Shown: piece by piece, positions 9,659 to 17,387 of the stretch
Numbering within the stretch: position 1 is the stretch's first letter
Layout of the letters: every line of letters begins with the position of its first letter
NCBI GenBank assembly: GCA_030611385.1
Contig: JAUWPV010000004.1
Coordinates: 31,295 to 95,294, forward strand
Length of the DNA: 64,000 nt
Direction: 5' to 3'
From: Bacillota bacterium
GTDB lineage: Bacteria > Bacillota > Dethiobacteria > DTU022
Program-made: the position numbers and the translations under genes
Notes under the pieces: model-generated
What the model was told of the DNA's origin: nothing
What the model saw: only the letters and a program-made list of their open reading frames with translations
Databases searched by the model: none

Positions 9659-10503
9659 TGACAGGCGATAACCCCTATATTCCTTATACAGCAACTGTTG
9701 AGGAAACCTGGTTTGAAACCGGCGGTGAGCGCTCTATAAAAACCTTCAAGGTTGTTTTAGATGACGAAACAGTGCGCGAAAACTGGAGCCATCGCCCCGG
9801 ACAGTGTGCCATGATTGGAGTGCTCGGTGTCGGTGAAAGCATGATCTCGATCTCCTGTTCTCCGACTGAAGGGCGCTTCCTGCGTTTTTCAGTAATGCGC
9901 ATGGGTAAAGTGACCCAGGCCTTACACCAGTTGGAACCCGGCGACAAGATGATGGTACGCGGCCCTTACGGTAGCAGTTTCCCCGTCGACGACTGGCATG
10001 GCAAGCAGATTCTGACTATCGGCGGTGGAGTCGGTCAGGCTCCCTTGCGGCCGATTGTTGAATATGTCAGGGCAAACCGTGATCAGTATGCCGGGCTGAC
10101 CATGATTTACGGTGCCCGCACATCGGGTGATCTTTGCTTCAAAGGCGAATTTGAGGAAATGAGTAAGTGCGACGATCTTGCCTGTCATCTGACGATCGAT
10201 GTGGAAGAAGATGACTGGAGTCACAATGTCGGTTTCGTGCCCCAGATGCTCCTTGACTTGAATCCTTCGCCGGAGAACACAATCGTGATCACCTGCGGTC
10301 CGCCGATTATGATCCGTTTTGTATTGGAAAACCTAAAAAAGCTGGGATTTGCCGATGAACAGATCTATACAACCCTTGAAAACAGAATGAAATGTGGTAT
10401 CGGCAAGTGCGGCCGCTGTAATGTCGGCGGCATGTATGTTTGCAAAGACGGTCCTGTATTCAGCTACGCTGTCTTAAAAGACATCCCCGAAGCCTTCGCC
10501 TGA
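9655..10503 (+). CDS. AsrB/HydG/FlxA-like FAD/NAD(P)-binding oxidoreductase with C-terminal [2Fe-2S]
   Basis: It has a ferredoxin-reductase-type fold (RFSVMRMGKVT, GGGVGQAPLRP). The C-terminal cluster motif reads CGIGKCGRCNVG...VCKDGPVF. The start overlaps the upstream stop (ATGA). Confidence 0.75.
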   Translation: MMTGDNPYIPYTATVEETWFETGGERSIKTFKVVLDDETVRENWSHRPGQCAMIGVLGVGESMISISCSPTEGRFLRFSVMRMGKVTQALHQLEPGDKMMVRGPYGSSFPVDDWHGKQILTIGGGVGQAPLRPIVEYVRANRDQYAGLTMIYGARTSGDLCFKGEFEEMSKCDDLACHLTIDVEEDDWSHNVGFVPQMLLDLNPSPENTIVITCGPPIMIRFVLENLKKLGFADEQIYTTLENRMKCGIGKCGRCNVGGMYVCKDGPVFSYAVLKDIPEAFA

Positions 10504-10549
10504 GCGCATACCGAGCCTCCGCAAACTTTATATTTTGTTTCGCAATACA

Positions 10550-10580
10550 GGGGCACATCCTTCACAGGAGTGCCCTTTGT
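10550..10580 (+). terminator. Intrinsic terminator after the hdr/flx cluster
   Basis: The stem GGGCAC...GTGCCC is followed by TTTGTGTT. Confidence 0.6.
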
Positions 10581-10753
10581 GTTGAATAATCAAGAAATAG
10601 AGTGTAGAAAGGCAAATAATTACGTTTGATCAACAATGTGGTGCTGTTGTTGCAGGCCTTAAGCGAACATAAAAGCAATTAAGTTGAGCAATTACTTGTT
10701 ACCGCAGACCGGTTATGCTAATATTTACTTATCTTCTCAGGAGGCGATTGACA

Positions 10754-11203
10754 ATGGAGCAGTACGGCCTGGTCATCGAGAACAAAGGTGAAACAGCAGT
10801 GATCAACCTACAGAGGCACCTTACCTGCGAAAGCTGCGGCCGCTGCGGGATATTGAGCGGTTCAAACAAACGGGAAATAACCGTTGAAGCGCTAAACCCG
10901 ATTAAGGCTGAAGTAGGCCAGCGAGTGATTTTAGAAACAGATGATCGCCAGGTGTTGTTTATATCTTTTATGCTCTACCTGGTTCCCCTGGGTGGCCTCG
11001 TAGCTGGTATCGTTCTCTGGCTCAGTATTGCTGAATCCCTGGGCTTGGGAGGCAACCAGGAACTGTGGGCTGCTGCGGTTGGTTTTGGACTGATGGCCGT
11101 TGTTTTTGCTTTAATTCGCATTTGGGACCGCCGGGTTAAAGACGACCCCCGGTATAAACCAGTCATAACCGGGTTGATAAAAGACGAGCCTGCCGATTGC
11201 TAA
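10754..11203 (+). CDS. RseC/MucC family (SoxR-reducing system) membrane protein
   Basis: The N-terminus MEQYGLVIENKGETAVINLQRHLTCESCGRCG is followed by two transmembrane helices. AGGAGG precedes ATG 10754. Confidence 0.7.
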   Translation: MEQYGLVIENKGETAVINLQRHLTCESCGRCGILSGSNKREITVEALNPIKAEVGQRVILETDDRQVLFISFMLYLVPLGGLVAGIVLWLSIAESLGLGGNQELWAAAVGFGLMAVVFALIRIWDRRVKDDPRYKPVITGLIKDEPADC

Positions 11204-11306
11204 ATATCTATAAATCCGCTCACTTCTCACCTCTTATTTGGGAGGGTTAGGGTGATCGGGCAAAAGATTTTTTATTTTAGATCATGTTAAATCTGGAGGA
11301 AACAGT

Positions 11307-12335
11307 GTGGCGAAAAAGTATAACGTTGCAGTAGTTGGTGCAACCGGAATGGTCGGTCAGAAAATGATCGATATACTTCTTGAGCGTAAATTTCCGTTTG
11401 TGAAGCTTAAACTGCTTGCTTCTGCCCGCTCGGCAGAAATGAAAATTAAAGCAGGCGGTTTTGTTCACACTGTTGAAGAGCTGACGGTGCAATCATTCGA
11501 TGGAATTGATTTTGCCTTTTTCAGTGCCGGTGAAATGGTCAGTCAGGAATTTGGGCTGGAAGCGGTAAAACGGGGCGCCATCGTTATCGATAACAGCAAT
11601 GCTTTCCGCATGGCTGATCACGTGCCCCTGGTTGTTCCGGAGGTGAACCCGGATGCTGTTTATTCGCATAAAGGGATCATCGCCAACCCGAATTGCTCAA
11701 CGATTCAGATGGTCGTTGTTCTTCAAGCCCTGCAAAAGGCTGCCGACATTAAGCGGGTGGTTGCTGCAACCTATCAGGCTGTTTCCGGAGCCGGCCGGGA
11801 AGCTGTTGAAGAGCTCAAAGATCAATGCCGGGCCTATCTGGACGGCGAACCGATTTTAGCTGAACGCACTCCCTATAAAGGCGCTTTGCGCAATTACCAG
11901 ATAGCTTTTAACCTTGTCCCGCAAATTGATCTGTTTGTTGAAGATGGTTACTGCAACGAAGAGATCAAGATGATTCGTGAAACTAGGAAGATAATGAGCC
12001 TTCCCGGTCTGCCGATAACGACGACCACGGTCAGAGTGCCCGTGATGATCGGGCATTCGATCGCTTTGAATGTTGAATTAAATAATCCGCTAACGGCAGC
12101 AGAAACCCGTGAGCTTCTGAAAAAAACACCAGGAGTAATCGTGGTTGACGACCCTAGGCAGTTGGAGTACCCTACTCCTTTGGATGCGGAGGGCAATGAT
12201 GCGGTCTATGTTGGCCGTATCCGCCCTGATCACTCAGTCAGGAACGGACTTAACCTGTGGGTGGTATCGGATAATATCCGTAAAGGCGCCGCCACAAACT
12301 CAATCCAGATTGCCGAACTGTTATTGAGCAGATAA
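11307..12335 (+). CDS. asd: Aspartate-semialdehyde dehydrogenase
   Basis: The sequence carries VAVVGATGMVGQ and the active-site motif IANPNCSTIQ. It is full length. Confidence 0.9.
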   Translation: MAKKYNVAVVGATGMVGQKMIDILLERKFPFVKLKLLASARSAEMKIKAGGFVHTVEELTVQSFDGIDFAFFSAGEMVSQEFGLEAVKRGAIVIDNSNAFRMADHVPLVVPEVNPDAVYSHKGIIANPNCSTIQMVVVLQALQKAADIKRVVAATYQAVSGAGREAVEELKDQCRAYLDGEPILAERTPYKGALRNYQIAFNLVPQIDLFVEDGYCNEEIKMIRETRKIMSLPGLPITTTTVRVPVMIGHSIALNVELNNPLTAAETRELLKKTPGVIVVDDPRQLEYPTPLDAEGNDAVYVGRIRPDHSVRNGLNLWVVSDNIRKGAATNSIQIAELLLSR

Positions 12336-12440
12336 AATTGGTGGTAGTTGGAAACGAGATATTATAAGGGCGAAGTGGGCAGTGAGACCTGTATACCAGA
12401 AAGAGAGCATTAGGATTTGCGCTTATTCAAAAGGAGCGTA

Positions 12441-12515
12441 GGGGTTTCAGAAAAGCTGCGAGCAACTGTCTGAGCGAGTTTTTACGAGCGAGTTGTTGGC
12501 GCAGCCTGAAACCTC
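12441..12515 (+). promoter_or_regulatory. Long imperfect hairpin in a 276-nt leader (function unknown)
   Basis: GGTTTCAG (12443-12450) pairs with CTGAAACC (12506-12513). GCTGCG (12455-12460) pairs with CGCAGC (12500-12505). AGCAACT pairs with AGTTGTT. The apex holds two GAGCGAGTT direct repeats at 12472-12480 and 12486-12494. Confidence 0.35.
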
Positions 12516-12611
12516 GAGCACCGATACAAACCTTGTCGTAAATACAGCGAGCGTTGGTAGATAGGTAAACTGACGAGTTACTATCAAGTTCAACAAAAAG
12601 GGGGTTTTCCA

Positions 12612-13499
12612 ATGAGCAGAATGGTGAGGGTAGCTTTAATTCAGGCCCGGCACGAAGTGCATGGAGATGAACCGGTTAAGAAGCACAAGGACGCGGCCAT
12701 TGAAAAATATTTAAAGCTGATTAAAGAGGCAGCTGATAAAAAAGCTCAGATCGTATGCCTTCAGGAAATTTTCTACGGACCTTACTTTTGCGCAGAGCAG
12801 AATATTAAATGGTATGAGGCAACGGAAAAGATTCCCGACGGGCCAACCACAAAACTAATGCAAGAGCAGGCTAAAAAGTACGGCATGGTTATCGTTGTTC
12901 CTATGTATGAAGAAGATATTACCGGGGTCTACTTTAACACCGCGGCTATTATTGACTCTGGGGGGGAATACCTTGGCAAATTCCGTAAGATTCACATTCC
13001 TCAAATCCAGGCCGGAAAAACACCGGCTACCGGTTTCTGGGAAAAATATTATTTTAAACCGGGCAATCTTGGCCATCCCGTCTTTGAGACTGCATTTGCC
13101 AAAATTGGCGTTTACATCTGCTATGATCGCCATTTCCCCGAAGGGCCGCGTATTCTCGGCCTTAACGGCGCAGAGATTGTCTTTAACCCTTCGGCAACTG
13201 TAGCTGGTCTTTCCGAACATCTCTGGAAACTTGAGCAGCCGGCCCATGCTGTCGCCAATGCTTATTTTGTCGGAGCAATTAACCGGGTTGGTACAGAGGC
13301 GCCCTGGGATATGGGACATTTTTATGGCAGCAGTTACCTTTGCAACCCAAGAGGACAAATTATTGCCGAAGGCAGTCGTGAAGAAGATGAGATAGTGGTC
13401 GGTGATCTGGATCTGGATATGATCAGAGAAGTTCGGAACACCTGGCAGTTCTACCGTGACCGCCGTCCAGAAATCTACGACGAAATCTGCGATTTCTAA
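12612..13499 (+). CDS. Carbon-nitrogen hydrolase family; beta-ureidopropionase / N-carbamoyl-amino-acid amidohydrolase-like
   Basis: The Glu-Lys-Cys triad context is present (VCLQEIF, KFRKIHIP, YICYDRHFPE). It sits next to a dihydropyrimidinase gene. Confidence 0.8.
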   Translation: MSRMVRVALIQARHEVHGDEPVKKHKDAAIEKYLKLIKEAADKKAQIVCLQEIFYGPYFCAEQNIKWYEATEKIPDGPTTKLMQEQAKKYGMVIVVPMYEEDITGVYFNTAAIIDSGGEYLGKFRKIHIPQIQAGKTPATGFWEKYYFKPGNLGHPVFETAFAKIGVYICYDRHFPEGPRILGLNGAEIVFNPSATVAGLSEHLWKLEQPAHAVANAYFVGAINRVGTEAPWDMGHFYGSSYLCNPRGQIIAEGSREEDEIVVGDLDLDMIREVRNTWQFYRDRRPEIYDEICDF

Positions 13500-13595
13500 A
13501 GAAATTTTATCGTAAATATAATAATTATGTAAAACCCCAAGCATGAATTGTGCTGTTACTGTAATCCGAAAGCGAACATAAAAGGAGGGCTTTAT

Positions 13596-14978
13596 ATGCG
13601 TACGCTGATTAAAAACGGTACCGTTGTTACAGCCTCAGACAGCTATAGGGCTGCTGTCTTGATTGAAGATGAAAAAATAATCGCCCTGGAATCAAATCCC
13701 GGCGCCGACGCTGACGAAATTATCGATGCTTCAGGCAAGTATATTTTCCCCGGCGCAATTGACGTGCATACCCATCTCGACATGCCTTTTTGCGGAACGA
13801 TTACAGCCGACGACTTTACCACCGGAACAATCGCTGCAGCCGCCGGAGGAACGACCTGCATCATCGATTATGCTCTGCAAACGCCCGGTGAAACACTGCA
13901 GGCAGCGCTTGACGTCTGGCATCAGCGGGCAGAGGGAAAATGCGCTGTCGATTATAGCTTTCATGTTGCTGTTACTGACTTGAATGATGCCGTAATGGCA
14001 GAAATCCCGGCCCTGATTAAAAAAGGTTACCCTTCATTTAAAGTATTTATGGCCCATAAAGGCGTATTCCAGATTGACGATGCCACTCTGCTCAAAGTGT
14101 TGAAGCAGTCTGGAGAAGCCGGAGGCCTGGTCCTGGTTCATGCCGAAAACGGTGATGTGATCGATGTACTAGTCAAAGAAATGGTCGCTGCCGGTCGGAC
14201 CGAGCCGCTCTACCATGCTTTATGCCACCCGCCGCAGGCCGAAGAAGAAGCAGTTAACCGCTTCATCACCATGGCCGAAATAAGCGGGGCTCCGGCTTAT
14301 ATCGTTCACTTAAGTGATGCCGGCGCCCTGGGTAGGGTTGCCGACGCCCGGTTACAGGGTTTACCAGTCTACGCCGAAACATGCCCACAATACCTGTTTC
14401 TTAATATCGATCGCTACAGTGAACCCGATTTTGGTGGAGCCAAATACGTAATGTCACCGCCGCTTCGCGAAGCGGGTAATGAAGAGTACCTCTGGAGCGG
14501 TCTGGCCTCAGGTAACCTGCAGGTTGTCGCTACCGATCACTGTTCATTTAACTTTAAAGGGCAAAAAGAACTCGGGCGGCATGATTTTACTAAAATTCCC
14601 AGTGGTGCCCCGGGATTGGAAACGAGAGTCCAACTGCTCTATGCCGGTGGGGTGAACGAGGGTAGAATTTCTATCCATAAGTTTGTCGACCTGGTCAGCA
14701 CCGCCCCGGCTAAACTGTTTGGTTTGTATCCGCAGAAAGGGTCTGTTACTGTTGGCAGTGATGCCGACCTGGTCATTTTTGATCCGGAAGCTGCTTTTAC
14801 GATCAGCCAGGCCACCCAGTATCAGAATGTCGACCATAATCCCTATGAAGGTTTTACCGGTAAAGGGGTGCCGGAAAAGATCTTTTCCCGCGGCCGCCTG
14901 ATTTTCGATAGTGGAAAATACGTTGGCCAGGTCGGACACGGCCGCTTCCAGCCGCGCAAACCTTTCACCGGACTATAA
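13596..14978 (+). CDS. Dihydropyrimidinase / D-hydantoinase
   Basis: Cyclic amidohydrolase motifs are present (GAIDVHTHLDMPF, SFKVFMA, VHAENGD, VATDHC). AGGAGG precedes ATG 13596. Confidence 0.85.
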   Translation: MRTLIKNGTVVTASDSYRAAVLIEDEKIIALESNPGADADEIIDASGKYIFPGAIDVHTHLDMPFCGTITADDFTTGTIAAAAGGTTCIIDYALQTPGETLQAALDVWHQRAEGKCAVDYSFHVAVTDLNDAVMAEIPALIKKGYPSFKVFMAHKGVFQIDDATLLKVLKQSGEAGGLVLVHAENGDVIDVLVKEMVAAGRTEPLYHALCHPPQAEEEAVNRFITMAEISGAPAYIVHLSDAGALGRVADARLQGLPVYAETCPQYLFLNIDRYSEPDFGGAKYVMSPPLREAGNEEYLWSGLASGNLQVVATDHCSFNFKGQKELGRHDFTKIPSGAPGLETRVQLLYAGGVNEGRISIHKFVDLVSTAPAKLFGLYPQKGSVTVGSDADLVIFDPEAAFTISQATQYQNVDHNPYEGFTGKGVPEKIFSRGRLIFDSGKYVGQVGHGRFQPRKPFTGL

Positions 14979-15044
14979 AGATCTGTCCCTCCCCCTCTAT
15001 TCTAAAAGGGCAGAGGGTTGGGAAGGATAACCTCATCATAAATC

Positions 15045-15083
15045 AAACGGAAGCGGTAATTGCAGCTGATACCGCTTCCGTTT
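15045..15083. terminator. Bidirectional terminator hairpin between convergent genes
   Basis: The stem is 14 bp, AAACGGAAGCGGTA / TACCGCTTCCGTTT. Confidence 0.7.
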
Positions 15084-15120
15084 AACTATCAATATCATTT
15101 TTGCTACTCAAAGCTGTAAA

Positions 15121-15324
15121 TTAATCTTCAAACTTAAAAGAAACGGTCATCTTGATCCTGAAGACAAGGTCACCTTCCTCTATTTTGATATCCATCTCTT
15201 TAACCTCGGCGACCCTTAGATCGCGCAATGTTTTTGACGCGGTGCCAACGGCTACCCTGGCCGCTTCTTCCCATGATTTGTTGCTGGTCCCGATAATATC
15301 GACTAATTTATATACACTTTCCAT
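15121..15324 (-). CDS. Dodecin family flavin-binding protein
   Basis: The protein is 67 aa. The sequence SVYKLVDIIGTSNKSWEEAARVAV...EVKEMDIKIEEGDLVFRIKMTVSFK is a typical dodecin. Confidence 0.8.
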   Translation of the reverse strand: MESVYKLVDIIGTSNKSWEEAARVAVGTASKTLRDLRVAEVKEMDIKIEEGDLVFRIKMTVSFKFED

Positions 15325-15568
15325 AGTAATCCCCCTTTAATAGGATAAGGCTTATGGTACATATTCTATATACAATTTAAGCACATGTCAACATTGCCAT
15401 AATTCAAGCATCAATGATTAACCAGAGTATCAAAAGAAGAGATCAGCAGTGATTTCAGTTACTATCCGAATATGATGTATGAACAAACCATCCTTTTCAT
15501 AGTTTTGTAGCGTTGGTTTAATGATCTGGTGATCTGTGATAGAATACAAAAAAGCGCGCTGAGAGGGG

Positions 15569-16012
15569 ATGCAACCTGTGATTAAAATGGAGGTTAAAAC
15601 CGTAACTGCCGATCAGGGTGGAAATTTCTTGGTCTTGCTAATGGATGACGAAGGAAAAAAGGTACTGCCCATTTCAATCGGTCCTCTTGAAGCTCAGGCA
15701 ATTGCCCTGGTATTGCAGGGTGAAGAACCACCCCGACCGCTGACGCATGATCTGTTGAAATCTGTTTGCGAGAAACTCGGCGGTGTGATGGAGAAAGTAG
15801 TGATTACTGATATACGGGAAAACACTTTTTATGCAGAGATCTACCTGCAGCATAACAATGAAACCATAGTAGTTGATTCCAGGCCGAGTGATGCCATTGC
15901 TCTTGCTTTACGGTTCCAGGCTCCTGTATACATGATTACAAAGCTGATTGAGTTTACCTATGATTATCAGGACATCATTGCCCGTGAGGGTGGCGATGAA
16001 CAGTTGCATTAG
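15569..16012 (+). CDS. Bifunctional nuclease (BFN/DUF151) domain protein
   Basis: The sequence reads LVLLMDDEGKKVLPISIGPLEAQAIALVLQGEEPPRPLTHDLL. The exact start is uncertain. Confidence 0.75.
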   Translation: MQPVIKMEVKTVTADQGGNFLVLLMDDEGKKVLPISIGPLEAQAIALVLQGEEPPRPLTHDLLKSVCEKLGGVMEKVVITDIRENTFYAEIYLQHNNETIVVDSRPSDAIALALRFQAPVYMITKLIEFTYDYQDIIAREGGDEQLH

Positions 16013-16026
16013 TTCATGAATCAGGT

Positions 16027-16953
16027 TTAAAGAGCTTTTACTTCCGCTTCCTCCCGGTTGCCCTGCTCTACCGGGGTGACCTTTGAGATCTGAACCAGAA
16101 TAACTCCGCCAATAATGATCACCGTAGCAATAATATTTTGAGTAGTTACAGTCTCCTTGAGAATCAGTGCGCCAAGGATAACTGCCACAATCGGGTTAAT
16201 ATAGGCATATGTGCCAGCCTTGGCGGCAGGCAGTGCTTTTAGCATATAGTTAAAGGCGGTATACGCCAGGATTGACCCGATAAAGATAAGGTAAAGCAGG
16301 GCTGCAATCCCACTGGGCGACGAGCCTGATATTGAAACTCCACCAAAAAAGTACGCAGCAAATAAAAAGGCTGCCCCGGCAGCTAACATTTGAATGCCCA
16401 CATTGGGCATCATTGCACCGCTAACCGTTCGCCTCTTCAAGTAGATCGATGCGATTGCCCAGTTCAGGGATGCTGCTAAAACAGCCAGCATGGCTGAAAA
16501 TGTCCGCCCTTCCAGGGCTAAATGGGGACTGACCAGGAAAGCAACTCCCAGAAAACCGATCACCAAACCGACCCAGCCTAATCTGCCGATACGCTGGTCT
16601 CGGGGAAAGATTGCTTCTATTAATGCCATAAACAGAGGGACTGAAGCGATGAGCAATGCCGTCAAACTTGATTCAAGCCACTGTTCAGCCCAACAGATCA
16701 GACCATTGCTGATGAACAACAACATCAATCCGGCAAAAATGATCGTTTTATAATCCTGACTGTTTTTAGGGAATGACCATCCTTTTAGTTTGGAGACAAT
16801 CAGGATCAAAACTCCGGCCGTAAAAAAACGGATACCGGCGAAAGCCAGAAAAGGCATATCGGTAACGGCGACCCGAATAGCCAGGTATGTGGACCCCCAG
16901 ACCAGACAAACCGTAAGATAAGCTAGTATAGACAGATTTTTATTATAAACCAT
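16027..16953 (-). CDS. EamA/DMT family transporter
   Basis: The protein has about 10 transmembrane helices and a duplicated EamA-like layout. Confidence 0.85.
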   Translation of the reverse strand: MVYNKNLSILAYLTVCLVWGSTYLAIRVAVTDMPFLAFAGIRFFTAGVLILIVSKLKGWSFPKNSQDYKTIIFAGLMLLFISNGLICWAEQWLESSLTALLIASVPLFMALIEAIFPRDQRIGRLGWVGLVIGFLGVAFLVSPHLALEGRTFSAMLAVLAASLNWAIASIYLKRRTVSGAMMPNVGIQMLAAGAAFLFAAYFFGGVSISGSSPSGIAALLYLIFIGSILAYTAFNYMLKALPAAKAGTYAYINPIVAVILGALILKETVTTQNIIATVIIIGGVILVQISKVTPVEQGNREEAEVKAL

Positions 16954-17091
16954 TTGTTTGTCCTCCTGACAGGTAGTCTGATCATGTAAATTCTTTGAGC
17001 CAAAAAAAACTCCTCGGAAAAACCAGGGCAGCTGAATAGTACTGGCTATTAGGTGATGCCAGGGTATTGATTTACAGGAAAATCATATATC

Positions 17092-17178
17092 TGGTGCGGG
17101 CAAGAGGATTTGAACCTCCAAGGGATTGCTCCCACTGGATCCTAAGTCCAGCGCGTCTGCCAGTTCCGCCATGCCCGC
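17092..17178 (-). tRNA. tRNA-Leu (anticodon UAG), long variable arm, CCA encoded
   Basis: The reverse complement reads GCGGGCATGGCGGAACTGGCAGACGCGCTGGACTTAGGATCCAG...GGTTCAAATCC...GCCCGCACCA. The anticodon loop is CTTAGGA. Confidence 0.9.
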
Positions 17179-17387
17179 CTGTTTTTACCGAGCTTCATTA
17201 TAAACGCTTTTATTCCATATTTCAACTGCCGGGGGTTATCAAGACACTGATATATCGGTGTATCTCGATATTATTGTAGAGGACTTTACTGAAATTCGTA
17301 GTTGGAACAGAAAACTGGGATTCAAAGCAGGATTTCTTCTAATATTTACGAATATTCTAAGATGAAGAAGGAAGGCAGGTTTACCGT

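Noticed and set aside
12396-12407. A CCAGAAAGAGAG tract resembling the PyrR-binding loop (UCCAGAGAGG) in the leader of the pyrimidine-catabolic genes.
   Set aside because: It is an inexact match with an extra AA. It is not presented in an obvious hairpin loop, and the downstream genes are catabolic rather than pyr biosynthetic.
12855-13544. A 229-aa ORF on the minus strand, the longest unexplained ORF in the track.
   Set aside because: It lies entirely antisense to the well-supported carbon-nitrogen hydrolase gene. It has no ribosome-binding site and no recognisable motif, and its composition mirrors the sense gene. It is most likely a shadow ORF.
17067-17279. A 70-aa plus-strand ORF.
   Set aside because: It overlaps tRNA-Leu(UAG) on the opposite strand and has no ribosome-binding site.
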